Source: Balamuthia mandrillaris (Eukaryota). Taken from it: a stretch of 64,000 nucleotides of DNA. Made by a program: the position numbers and the translations under genes. Below the pieces are notes generated by a model. It saw only the letters and a list, made by a program, of their open reading frames with translations, did no database searches and was not told where the DNA came from. Shown in pieces: positions 27,768-41,054 of this stretch (positions are counted from its first letter, which is position 1; every line of letters starts with the position of its first letter). The stretch covers positions 62,001 through 126,000 of the forward strand of contig JAVKOQ020000085.1 of assembly GCA_031835245.2 (NCBI GenBank), in the 5' to 3' direction.

Positions 27768-27941
27768 ATAGCAACCGTTGAAAACCAGGAAAAAGCAAAG
27801 AGTTGCACTTGGAGTGACAGCAGGCAGCACAAGAGAAGAAGAAAGAAGAGTTATTCTCCTTCTCTCTCGTTTTTTTTTCCCCTTCCCCCTCCTGGCCCGT
27901 TTCTCTCTCTCTCTTCTCCAAAGAACTGCAAAGAAGGAGTG

Positions 27942-30062
27942 ATGGATGGGGACAACAGATTATCAACAAACAACAACGGCAGCGGCAATGCTTGGGGCAG
28001 CGCTTTAGTCACAAAGACCAAAAGCTACTCGGCCGTTGTGTCCGGCACCACCGCTTCCTCTTCTCCCCCGCCATCTTCTTCCGTCGTGCTGCCTCCGGTT
28101 TCTCTCGCTCCCTCTGTTGTGTCTCCTGCTTCCCTTCCCTCCGCTGGTGCTACCACCACCAATGACAGTGTCCTCAACGAAGTGAGCTCACCGCAACTAA
28201 TCTCTTCCGGTTTCGAAGATTTCGGTGGCGCCGTAGCGCCACAACAGCCTTCACTCTCCACCAGCACAGCAAGAGGAGGAGGAGGAAGACGCAGAGGAGG
28301 AAGAGGAGGAGCTTACTTTCATCAACCACAAAGACCTCATCGCAGCCCTTACTACCCTCCGCAACAGTTCTCTCCTCAGCCACTTCATCATGCTCGCTCC
28401 TCTCCAGCCGCACTTCCAATGGGAGGAGGAGGAGCGGCAGCAGCAGGTCTCATGTCTTTTCCAGAAGAACACTTCATCCCAAGAGGAGGCAGAGGAGGTG
28501 GAGGACGAGGCCGAGGCGGAGGAGCCAAAAAAAGCAGAGGCGGCCATAAATACTTTCACCATAACGGCAACAAATATAACAACAACCATTACTACTATCA
28601 GCAGCAGCAGCAACAGTATTACAGTCACAGTAGCGTGATGCTGCCTCACAACAACAACGTCGTGCCTTCCGCTCAACTTCCACCTCCTCATGCTCACGCT
28701 GCATCTTTCTCGTCGTTTGAACACCACTCACCACATTTTCAACCTCAAACCGACTTTTATCATCACCAACCACCATTTCATCATAACAATAGCAACAACG
28801 AACAAGAGCTGGCGATGATGATGCAACAACAACAGCAACAGTACTATCACTATTCATCACAGCAGCAACAGCCGCACTTTATGCCGCCGTATCACGACGA
28901 GCAATATGGTCACTATGCACCATCCAATGGCGGCCCGTCTTCATCTCCATCGCCTCCGCCTCCTCAGCATTATGCTGCTGCATTCGCTCCGCATCCTCTT
29001 CACTCTCATCACCAAATGCAACCGTTGGACGAAAATGGTGGAGGCGGCTTCTTAACCGAAGAATCTGCTTTCCCTCCTCTCTCATCATCTGCTCGTTCTC
29101 CTTCTCCTTCCTCATTATCATCATCTTCTTCTTCCTCCTCTGCTTCTTCTGGTGGTCCTTACTATGCGATGGTGGAGGGAACCGTGTTGGGCTCTGCTTT
29201 CATTCATGCGCAGCGAGAGGGAGGCGCCAATGTGGAAGGAGGTTGGCAGTACTCTGGTCAAATGGTACCGGCTTCTCCGTCCTCGTCTTCTTCTCGTTGG
29301 ACTGGATTGGCGCCCTATCGTTGGGATCCTGAAGAAGAGGCTTGGCTTCCTGTGCGTATCTTCTCGTTTTCTAATCATATCGTTTTCATTTTCTCCTGTT
29401 TTCACTTAACTCTTTTGCATTCGAACAAACTTAACAACAGATGGAGAAAAAAACTAGGCAACAAGTAAACGTGGAAACTAACGAAATACGAGTCGCAACT
29501 TACAACGTCCTCTTTGACCTCTACATGAAAGAACACATTCATACTGAGAAACGCCTGCCCGCCATATTTGATCTATTGAAGAATCTCGACGCAGACATTA
29601 TCGCTCTTCAAGAGGTTACCCAGATCTTTCTCATTCAACTCTTGTCTCAAGACTGGATGAAAGATCGCTATCTTTCAGATTGTGATGCGGGATATACCGT
29701 TACTCCATACGGCCAGGTTCATATTCCTTGTGCATTCCTTCTTGTTCTTTTAGCTTTTTAGCTTCTTTCTTCTTTTCACTCTTCATCCTTCTTTCTTGAA
29801 CCCTTTTCTGACGACGAAAACTTCAAATAGTTGCTTATTTCCAAGTATCCATTCTATGGGCTGAGTATGCACAAGTACTCCAAATACAAGAAAGTGATAA
29901 TGGGAGAGTTTGTTATCAATGGTGAGTTGCTATACGTGCCTGTCATCCATCTAACGAGCGATCGCACTCTTGACCCTTCCACCAAACGTGCTCAGCAAGT
30001 GGAAGTAGTCTTTGAAAAGACTCTGCAAGATGGTACCTTCATCTTTTTCTCTTTCTCTTTGT

Positions 30063-30104
<42 letters not shown>

Positions 30105-30691
30105 TGAAACTTACCGAGAGCTTTTTTTCTAAAGTAAAAGCAGGGACGGGAGGAGAGCAACAACAAACGGACTGCATTCTCTTGGGCGACTTCAACTTTG
30201 GCGACGGCGATGAAAACGACATCATCCGCGACGACTTTAAGGACGTGTGGTTGGCTCTCCGTCCCTCTGAAAAGGGATACACTTTTGACGTCGAGCGAAA
30301 CACGACCGCCAGCAAGACCACAACGACTGGCAAGAGCCGACGTTTCGATCGTATTCTCGTTCGCTCCAAAACGTGGCAGCCGTGCTTTGTGGAGATGTTT
30401 GGAACGGAGCCGATTGTGTGGAGGAGCGTCATCAAAAGGAGTCAGAAGAGGAGAGAGGAGAGAGAGGAGAGAGAAATGAGGATGAAGAGAGATCGGGCGG
30501 ATGGTCTGTTGTTGGATGACGAAGACGGAGAAGTAGAGTCCGTGAGGAAGAAAATGGAGGACGCAAAGATGAAGGAGGAAGCAGAAGAGAACAAAGAAGA
30601 AGATGGAGACGAAGACGAAGATGTGGAAGTGGAAAGAGTCGTCTTTCCATCCGATCATTTTGGATTGAAATGTGTGCTGAGGTTTAGCTAG
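27942..30691 (+). CDS. Endonuclease/exonuclease/phosphatase (TDP2-like) protein with an RGG/Q/H-rich low-complexity N-terminus
   Basis: VATYNVLFD, DIIALQEV, LLGDFNF, YTFD, RRFDRIL, PSDHFGL. Confidence 0.85.
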
Positions 30692-30848
30692 GTTAGAACG
30701 AAAGAGTGGCTTGGGGATAGTTTGTTTGGATTCTTTTTTTTGTTTTTTGTTCTGGTTTAGTTTTTTTGTGGGAACAGCTCTCTGTTGTCTCTGAAGGGAC
30801 ACACGCAAAGCAAAGAGCATTTTTAAATAATATGTTTTTTCGTTTACG

Positions 30849-31753
30849 TTATGAACAACAGTAGCCCCTTCCTTCTGCACTTTTGCTTTGGGTGTTCTCT
30901 TTTGCTTTTGTTTTGAACGAAAGAAAAAAGAAATGAGAAAAAGAAAGAAGAGAGAAAAAAAAAACCAAAGTGAGAAATACCTCGAAAAGGAGAATCGTTG
31001 GAAGAGTTGGCCTTTGCTTTGGCCTTTTGTTGGAAGACGATCATGCTCTGCTCAAACAACGCCACTGCAACTCTGTCAAACAACCGCTCCACGTTGTGAT
31101 CTTTTTTTCTCGGTGTTAAAAGCAGGGAGCGAGGCGAGCAAACGAAGAGAGAAGAGAACCTTCTTTAGCGCTGACTTCCCAATACTCAGCTCCTATCTCA
31201 GTTGCCCAACGTTTAACGGTTGAATGATCCACTGCATGCTACAAAAGAGAAAACGTTTTCTCTTAGAAGGAAAGAAAGCAATATGACCGAGAAGAGAAAG
31301 AAACCTTTAAATCTCCTTTTAGACCAGCCAAAAATATTTTGTGACCCAACTCCACTTCTTGCAGCACTTCGTTGACCCATAGGCTGCAGTTCTCAAAGCT
31401 GGATGGCCTGGAGAGGTCAAAGCAGAGAATGGTGGCTGCCGCTCCTCTGAAATAAGACCTTGATATGCAACGAAACTGTTCTTGTCCTTTTGTTTTTCGT
31501 TTGAACAACAAATAGAAGATAAGGATAAGGCAAGAATACAGGAGGGTTGAAACCATCAAAGTTTACCAGCAGTATCCCATCTACACAAAAAAAAGGACAG
31601 AAAGAGAGAACAAGAACAAGATAAAGAGAGAAAGAGAAAAAGGCTTGTTAAAAGAGCATGAAAGACCAGAATAGAGAGAGAACGGAGAGGAGTGAGAACA
31701 GAGAGAGAAGATCGAGAGAGAACAGAGAGAAGAGAGACAGTGAGAGACAGAGC

Positions 31754-31790
<37 letters not shown>

Positions 31791-32317
31791 AGAAAGCAAA
31801 GAGAGGTACATGTGAAGAGTAAAGTCCTGGTTGAGTATTTTGTATTTCTGGTAGACAAAGTCCACGCCCACGGTGGCTTTGTACTTGTTGGCAAAGTCTC
31901 CCTCACAGAACCGTCGAATGAGGCTCGTCTTTCCAACCGACTGGTCGCCCACCACGATCACCTTCTCTCCTTGTGCTGGTATTCCTTCTCTTTTTTTTTT
32001 TGAGATGAAAAAAAAAACAAACAAAGAAGAGGAGGACGAACGAACCCAATGGGAGTACGGTCCGCTTCACTGCACATCTTTTTCAAGCTCTCATGAAAGT
32101 CTGTTGCCAGTTGTCTGATTGGTCGTTTGGAGGAGAGAGTGAGCGAACGTCGATCCCAAGAATCCTCCAAAAGGCCAAAAAAACAAAAAATCAAAAAAAA
32201 AAAAAAAACATCCCAAATCTTGAAACAAACAACGTACGTCATGGACACCCCTTCGCCAGGAGGTGGAAAGGCGTTGATCCTTCTGGTGGTTCTCTTTGTC
32301 TGGGAAGCAGCCGCCAT
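30849..32317 (-). CDS. Rab GTPase, Rab34/Rab36-like
   Basis: [46 protein letters not shown]-terminal extension; C-terminal CCS*. Confidence 0.85.
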
Positions 32318-32572
32318 GGGCGATAGTCTTTTCTTATTCTTTTCTTTTTTCTTTATTTTCTTTTTTTTTATTCCACAAAAAAAAATATTTTTTGAATTTT
32401 TTTGGTGAACTTTTCACTGTAAATTTCAATAAAAATTCGAAGCAAGATCTTTAAAAGGATAAATCACCAAAAACTTACCTTATTTGGACATGCTCGTGCC
32501 GCTTCAACAAAGAATGAAAAAAAAAAAGGGCAACTTTTTTTTTTGCGTTTCTAAACGACTCAAAATCAATAG

Positions 32573-35084
32573 ATGGGAGTAAAGATGAGGCTCTTAGTGG
32601 TGGGAATTCTTTGGATTGGCACCGTGGTGAACGGGCAGTTTGCCAACAATCCGCATTGTCCAAGCAATCATCGTTTGTATTCACTGCTTGACAACGACTT
32701 CTTTTCTTTGAGTTCACAGTGATCTATCACAGGGTGTAGCGTGTACTGCGACTTTCACGGCACATGCTCCACCAACGGGCAGTGCGTATGCGACGAGGGA
32801 TGGACGGGAGTGAATTGCACAATCAAACAATGCAATTGCGTTCATGGGGACTGCAGAACGACCGGTTTGAGCTCTTTTAAAAGATTCATCGTTGTCTTTC
32901 TTTGTCTAATCTTTGTACTCACCCTCCTGATAGACGGGGTCACTCAGTGTGTATGCAATTCAGGGTGGACAGGCAGGCTTTGTGATAAGCTATTCGGGGG
33001 ACGGTACTATCCGAAGCCCATTTGTACTCTTGACGGTCATTGCGTATGCCCGCCTAATAGCGACCTTTGCCAGCACGGAGGTAATTATCTCTTTCTAGAA
33101 CTCTGCGATTCTGGCTTGACGTCTTCCTCTCCTTCTTTTCCTCTCCTAAGCATGTTTTTCTCTGTCAAATTATTCACAATAGAGTCGCCGGATTTGGTAC
33201 CAAGTTTGCATCGGTTTAGACCCTATTTGGAGTGGCAAACCTTTCCAGAGTGTCACTGCGCCGTCGATGCAGGCTGTACGAAACCTGGACACCGCAAGTT
33301 GCTACGCTTTCCCATGAGAACAGACAACATTGGGTCTGTGATGCTTCGCCTCCTGTTCTTGGCTTTTTGTTCTGTTTTCAATAAGCTTACACTCATCTGT
33401 CGCAGTAATGCAGACCTTTTGATTGGTGCCCCTGGTGATTACCTGGACAAAGTTTGTACCTAAATACCTCTTCTATGTAGCTCTTCATCTCTTGTTTTCT
33501 TACAATGTTGTTTGCCTCAGTATGTATGGCACATATGCCATAACCATCCACACTTTGATCACTTTTCGGAGTTCACCCTTCGCCACAAGACTTTGACCAG
33601 CTTGACAGCCCATGGTTTCAAGAGCGGCTCGACGGTGGTGGACAGCTACCGATGGGATCGACGAACGCCCTTTAACGCTGTTCGACAGTACAACGAAAAA
33701 CATCAAGGCATTCAAGCAGGATGGGCGGACATGTGCTCAGTTTCCTCTCTCCCCACATTCTTTCTCTGTACTAACAGCCAACAATATACAAACAGCTATC
33801 CTGCCAGCCTGGACTGCCAATGGATAGATGTTACTGAGCTTCCGTTGGGAGACTATGTTCTGGAGCTTACGACAAACCCGCTAAGACTGATCTATGAAAG
33901 CAACTACGACAATAACAAAGTAACATTCGACATCCGTTGTGACCCACCCTGTATGCATGGCCAATGCGACTTTGGCCACAGCTGCGTATGTGCAAATGGA
34001 TGGCAAGGTGTTGCATGTGATGGTAATCTTGTTTCTGTTCCTTCGGATTCTTTTCCGCTGCTTCATTGGGTGATCTTAAACTTGTGCTGAAGAACAAGCG
34101 GATGTTAATCAGTGTACTCCACATTGTGGGGAAAGGGACTGTGGGCCTGATGGTTGTGGCGGCTCGTGCGGCTCCTGCCAAACTGGACAACATTGCACTG
34201 TCTCAGGAGCCTGTGTGTGCACTCCAAGTTGTATTGCAAAGGAATGCGGACCAGACGGTTGCGGAGGTACGTGTCTCATTGCTTGAGTTTGCTCAGAATG
34301 CAGGAAAATGTCATTCACACTTACTCACCAACAGGAGTATGTGGGGAATGCAGTTCCTTAGAGCGTTGCAACTCGGACCAGCGGTGTATGCGTACTTGTG
34401 TGGCATCATGTCATGGAAGGGAATGTGGGCCGGACGGCTGTGGCGGAACTTGTGGTGGATGTACAGAAGGTAGGACTCCTTTCCAGCTCTGGTATACCAG
34501 TATCTACCCCATTTCGGCGAACAGTAACAAGCGGTAACACGCACAGGAAAACACTGCGAAGAGAATGGACAGTGTGTCTGTACTCCTCAGTGTAGCAATG
34601 AAGATGGTTCTTTTTGTGGCATTGCAGATGGTTGTGGTGGGGAATGTCAGTGCCCAAGCGCCGCTGAAACCTGCAACGAGGGAACTAGAACCTGCCAGTG
34701 TGTCGCTGACTGTCAAGGAAAAGGCTGTGGGGATGACGGATGTAACGGCAGTTGTGGCGAGTGTGACACCGAGCAGCTGTGTCTGAACGATTGGAAATGT
34801 GTTGCGAAGCATCAAAAGATTGGATCGGTGGCCATGTGGATGACTTTAGAAGCTCTTCCTGAGGTTCCTCGTTTTGTTGTTTCTGTTTTTTAACTTCAAC
34901 ACTGACGCTGACATAAACAAACACAACCAAAAGGAGCAACGCGATAGAAAATGGAGAGAGGCAATGCACGCACTGCTATCGATACCAAAAGGAAGCATTC
35001 AAATCAACAGATGGGAGCCTTACGTCCCTTCTTCCTCCGACCGTCGTCGCATGGTCAAAATCTTCTTTACTCTCTTCGGTATCT

Positions 35085-35121
<37 letters not shown>

Positions 35122-35260
35122 TCTCTCTAACGTATAACAAACAAATGCAGACTCGAATGAGCGAGGAAGCAGAAGAAGCGGAAATATGTTGATAGGCATG
35201 GCCAGAAACGCATTTGCAGAACATGGTCTTTACTCTGTCACGGTTGCTTTCTTATCGTAG
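32573..35260 (+). CDS. Secreted lysyl-oxidase-domain protein with EGF repeats and CGPDGCGGSCG-type Cys repeats
   Basis: Signal peptide; RKLLRFP, WHICHNHPH copper motif, GFKSG (LTQ Lys), GWADIY (LTQ Tyr), LDCQWIDVT, ESNYDNN. Confidence 0.85.
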
Positions 35261-35286
35261 CTTTGAAACATATGTTTTTGTCCGAT

Positions 35287-38119
35287 TCAATCTTGTTCAT
35301 CATCTAACAATAATTGTTCTATCTCCGAACTGACGCGTGCCATCTCCTCCTCTTTGCTCTTCTTTGTTTTTGCTGTCGTTGTCGTTAATGTTGTTGAGGA
35401 AAGCTTCGGCTTCATTTTCAACGTGGATGAAGTTGCAGAAGAAGATGACGGTCGTGATGATGAAGGAATTTGCTTTTTGGTGGCCGTAGAAACGGAAGAG
35501 GATTGGTTTGGTAATGCGTTTTCTTTGGAGGTAGACTTGGGAGGTACTTTCGTGACAACTGATTTCGCCTCTTTGTTGTTATTGGTGGTTCGCTTTGTTG
35601 TCTTTGTTGGTGGACGAGATACTGGTGCTGTTGTTCGAGTACTTTTTCCTGAAGTCTTTGAGGTGGTGGATTGTTTTGTTGCTGCAGCGTTTTGTTTAGG
35701 CGAGACTTCTGCACGAGAAGAACGAAGTATTGCAGTTGACGATTTCATTGTTGTTTTTGTGATAGGATCGTGATTCTTCTTCGTTGTTGCTTTTTGAACA
35801 TACTTCTCTTCTTTTGTTGATGGCGAAGAATAGGAAGGAGAAAGCGAAGACTTCTTCTGTCGTTGGGTCGGGTTTGTTGCTGTTATTCGTTTCTTTTCGT
35901 TTTGTGACAACTTATCCCTCTCCTTTATGCTGTTGTCGCTTTGAGAAGAACAACGCACAAGAACCCGTTTCTTGTTCTTTTCGTCTTTCTTAATTGTGGT
36001 GTTGGAAGAAGGAGCAACGGATATCTTACGGTGTTCTCCTTTCTCCTTTTCATTGCTTTCTTCGTCACTGTCGTTCAGGAGTTGCGTGATCTCATCGCTT
36101 ACCTGAGCCATTTTCTTGACTTTGACTGCATCAACCTTTTTGGTTTCTGGTTGAGTTTCTATGATATTGTCTCTTGCTTTGCGTTGAGCGTTTCTCTTCG
36201 CGGCGACTCTCTTTGGTTTGATAGGTTCCTTGACCATCTCTTCTTGTTCTTCTTGTTCTTGTTCTTGTTCTTGTTCTTCTTCTTCTTGTTCTTCTTCTTC
36301 TTCTTCTTCTTCTTCTTCTTCTTCTTCTCCTCCCTCTTCTTGCCATTCGTCGTCGTCGTCGTCGTCCTCTGTCTCGCTCTTTCGATGTTGTTTGTTGATA
36401 TTTCGTGTCAAACCTCTTTTTCCTCTTGCAGGTCGTTGTTCTATGCCTTCTTCATATTCGTCTTCGTCTGCATCCTCATCTTCCTGTTCTTTCTCTTCCT
36501 CCTCTTCTATTTCTATCTCCTCTTCCACCTCTGTCTTTTCGTCTTCTTTCTCTAGTTCTTCAACTTCTACTTCTACTTGTTCTTGTTCTTCTTCTGTTTC
36601 TTCATCCTTTTGAGGTCGGAGTTTCTTAGACTTCTGCATCCTGCTTCGTACCGTTCGTGCATTACTTGTTTCTTCTTCACTATCTTCATCTGCCTCATCA
36701 CTGCACCATCCACCGTCACTATACTCCGATTCCTCTTCATCTTCTTCCTCTACAATGTGATTCGCTTTGCTTCGAAGCTTTCTGCCAACTCCCTCTCCTT
36801 GCTTCTTCGTCATCTGTTTCTTGTTCGTCATCGTTGTTGCCCTCTTTCCATTCGTCGTAATAGGGTTTGAAAAGCGTTCAGCCTCCCAAGAAGCCATCTG
36901 TGCTTCCAGCTCCTGTTCCAATTCATCCATAATAGCTTCCTCAAGAACAAAGCCATCATAGATCCTATCGTTGAGTGTCGTCTCAAACTTGCCGAGAGAT
37001 CGTAGCGCGTTCTTGTCGGTAATTGCTTTCTTCACTCTCTCCACCAAAGTGTGCATCCACAACAAAGAATGTGACGGCAACTGTTCTTGCGCTTCCTCCT
37101 CGTCACCCTCTTCTCTAGTTCTCGTTTGTGCCGTTTTAGCATTTGGAGAGGCAACGTTGAGCGACAAAAGAACTTTTGGAAGAAGTTTGCCTTCAGCACC
37201 CGTTGGATTGGCCAATATCTCTTGCAAGATAGTCACTCCCAATCGTTCATGCAACAAAGCAGAAGAAGCGGTTGAAGAAGAGCATCGACTGCTGTCAGTA
37301 AGGTGGACGAGGAACTGACAGACAGAGACGATTGGAATGGCTGAGAGCGGCGAAGACGGCGAGGCTCGAAAGAGAGCACGAATGGTAGGCAAGAAAGATT
37401 TCTCCATTCTGTTCTGTCGTAACGAGGAAGAAAAGGCGTACGCTGGAAAGAAGGCACTGAGACATTGCTTCAGGGTAGTTTCTTCTTGTTCTTTCGATTC
37501 TAGTTCTCCTTTGCTAACTGCGTCTGTTCTTGAAGACGACGAAGAGAACGAAGCCGCATCGAGGAAAAGCAACAATACAAGTTGAGATAGAATGACGGAA
37601 TGGTCGTTGGAGGGAAGAACTCCGTCGCGAAGGAGGAGCTTGCAAAAACCTTCTGTAGCAACTCGGCGCAATATGCTTGTTGTTCTTTCTTTGTTGCTGT
37701 CTTCTGCTGTGATAAAACCTTGCAAGCAGGATTTTACCTCTCGTAATAGCTGCTCTGTTGTGGCGTTGGTCAGCTGTTCTTTTTCTTCCTCTCCTTGCGC
37801 CAATGTTTGTTCGACCTAAAATACAGACGTACACCAATAACAGCAAGAAAAGAAGAACGGAATAGAGAATCGATTAGTAAGAAGAAAGCAAAGAGGTGAG
37901 AGGAAAAAAGGCAGCGACGAGAAGAGTGAGAAAAAAATAAGAAAAAACTACCTGTTGGTCCGACAAAGTCCAGCGAAACAAAAGGATAAAGTCAAACAAC
38001 ACCTCCAACGCACTTTTGACGACATTGGGTTCGTCATGCTGCACCACTTTCAAAAATAATTGCAGATGTGTTTTAGCAGCATTCTACAAAAGAAATCAAT
38101 GGTAGTGTTAACCATCCAA

Positions 38120-38157
<38 letters not shown>

Positions 38158-38377
38158 AAGATTCAGGGAGATAAATGTACCTCGTCAAGCATACAATAAA
38201 GGCCCAAGCAGCGCACGGCAAGCTCTCGCACTTCTGGAAGAGAGTACTGCATTCCTGGAAAGATGACTGATTGGAAGAGGCCTGCAATGCTTCCATCCCT
38301 CAAATCCTTTCAAACAAAGAAGTGTTTATGATAACTTCAGTTTCGTTCTTTGCTCTCTTCGTTCTTCTCTTTCTCTC

Positions 38378-38420
<43 letters not shown>

Positions 38421-39974
38421 TTCGTAACTAACCTTTGGAGTACGTTGTAACAACGCTTCTGTGATGTGCAACAAACGAAAGTAGACGCTATCTTCCATAT
38501 TTTCAAACAGAAGCTGTTCGTTCTCGAGCCCATCGGCTTCCACTTGTAACTGGGCTAATTCCTGTTCATACGACGTCCATTACAAAAAAAACGTGAATAC
38601 AAACTTACTTTTTGTAGGCTTTTTGGGACGTTCTTGTTTGTATCTGTTTACTACGAACCTGTTGTAAATCTTCGATAGAACCATTTCGTTTCTTTTTCAT
38701 GCGAGATATTTGGTCGTTCAGCTCCTCGATGCGGTCAATCAACTCTTCATAACGTTGCTCCGCTTCTTCGCGGGCCTGATCCAACTCTTCGCTATGCAAT
38801 TCTTCGAGCGGATCTCTTACATCAGACAGAACTTCGAATACAATTCTAGAGGAAGAGAGAGGGAGGGAGGGAGGGAGGGGGAGAGAGAGAGAGAGAGAGC
38901 GGGAGACTTGAGTAACTTGAAAACAAGAAGAATAACAGAAAAGAAGGAATAAGAGAGGAGGGAAGGGAGGTAGAGATAGAGAGAGGGTTATTAACCTGGT
39001 GTACTCATCTTCATCCGGTTGATGCAACAGATGAAGAAGCAACAATATCGGCGATACACAATTATTAGGTGTACATTGAGCAGCAAGCATTTCACCTGTA
39101 AATAGAAGTATACAGAACGTTTACATTAAGAGCTCAAAAGCTGAAAAAGGGCTTAATAAACAAAAAAAAAACATACGAAGCAAAGCAGAGAGAGCACGTC
39201 TTCCAGCTTCATCCGAAAAGTCAAACAACGGTGCGAGGAAAAGAAGTTGAGCAATTATGAATTCTTGCTCTTGCTCATGAGCACGCGCCAGCAAGCTACA
39301 AAACTTGGCCAAGTCTGGAAGCAAGTCTTCCAACACATTCAACCGCTGTAGAAAGAGCAAAGAATAAGAAATGGCGCACAAAGCTAAAAGAGAGGAAGAA
39401 GAGCGTCTCTTTAATGAGACGAACAAACCTTTGTTTGCTTGCAATGTTCGCACGTGATACGCCACAAAAGAGCACGTTCAGCGGTCATATCTCTTTGCAA
39501 GACCGAAAGCGCAAACCAAGATTCTGGTTTTGTATCTGTTGTTCCAGCTTCTTCTGTTGTTGGCCGTGTTGCTTCGGTCAAAGGCAACATATCTCGACGA
39601 AGCAAGCAGCGAACCACTTTTTCAGCAGCAACACTGGAGAACTGCTCTACTCCAAAACCTTCCAAAAGCTTCAGCGGGTGCCCTCCATCTGCTCCTTTGA
39701 ACCAAGCGCAAACCATGTCCTCGCAAGCGGCGCGAACCTCTTCTTCCCGGTCTTCAAGACCGGTCGTCACCAATGTGTTACGTTGTTCAATGGAAAGAGA
39801 CTTCATGCCCAGTTTGTTGGTGAGCATTTGGTAGGCCAGCTTGCGAACATCCGGTTTCACATCCCGCGTGCGACGGAGGACCGCCTCCAATGTTATCCTT
39901 GATAGGCCGATACATGCCAAAACAGCCTTGCGCACATCTCTTGTTAAACGAAAGCAGAGATGAGCCTTTGAGGC

Positions 39975-40019
<45 letters not shown>

Positions 40020-40696
40020 GAATACAGAGAAACAACGAAGGAGAAAGAGAAAAGAAGGAAACTGAACTTGGAAGAATCAGTGGAAAGCAGCTTGAGATAC
40101 TGTTTGGTGACAGGATCATCTGCATCTAACGGATTTTGCAGCCGCGACAACGCAGAAACAGCAGTGGCTCGTATCACCGGCACTTTGTCCATTGCTCTCT
40201 GCAACATGGTCTGCGATAAGGTCTCCCACAAATTCTCCCTGCAACAAGCCCAAGTTAGAGAGAAAAACAGGCTGCAGAAGAGAAGAGAGAAGAGAGAAGA
40301 GAGAACACAACAAGAGAAGAAGAGGTACTCTATTTCGGCTTCCTCGTCCATGTTATTAACAATGCCAGCCGCCAAGAAGCAAACACGGAAACGAACGGCC
40401 TTGTCCTTCACATCGTGCAGCCGCAGAAGGTACTCCAGCAACGCCCAGCCCTGCTTGGGGGACTCCTTCTGGAGGACGCTGACCACGAACAGGATCACAA
40501 ACTGGCAAACCCTCTCCGCGGCCGGTTCGCGTTTGAACACGAGCAGAACGGGGTGAAGCATCGCGGTAAAGTGCTGCAAGAACGCCTCTTTGTCGTCCGC
40601 TTCAGCCCACAGCTTGCGCAGCTGCCGACAGTACCGTTTGTGAACGGCCAACGTGCGTTGACACTCGCCAAAGATTGCAGCCAGGGTATCTTCCAT
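35287..40696 (-). CDS. NCAPG: Condensin I subunit CAP-G (Cnd3/Ycg1)
   Basis: KDKAVRFRVC, DKVPVIRATAVSALSRLQ, RTRDVKPDVRK, DFSDEAGRR, VATEGFCKLLL, LKQCLSAFFPAY; acidic/basic disordered tail. Confidence 0.92.
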
Positions 40697-40825
40697 TTTT
40701 CCCCCGTTCTGCCCTTCGAAGAAGATGAAGAAAAAAAATACACAAGAAGACTTGGCCTTCAAGCTCTTACAAGAGAGACAAATGAAAACGAGAGAGAGAG
40801 AGAGAGAAAGCAAGAGACAAAGTGC

Positions 40826-40859
<34 letters not shown>

Positions 40860-40944
40860 GCACAAAACGAAAAAGAAGCCCCTTTCGGTTTGTGTGTTTG
40901 GTGTTAAGGGACTTTTTTTTGGATGTTTTTTTTTTGAGGCTTGG

Positions 40945-40967
40945 TTTTGGCGGGAAAATGTCGACAA
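40945..40967. promoter_or_regulatory. E2F-like site plus GTCGAC composite upstream of NCAPG
   Basis: TTTTGGCGGGAAAATGTCGACAA. Confidence 0.5.
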
Positions 40968-41054
40968 TATTTGTCAAGAAGAACAACAACAACAGCACCT
41001 TTCTTTTCATGATGGTTTTTCTTAAGTTGGTTGGTTTGTTTTCAAGCAAAAGAA

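Noticed and set aside
35354..37819. Long antisense ORFs over CAP-G and other low-complexity exons
   Set aside because: Shadow frames of repetitive codon usage
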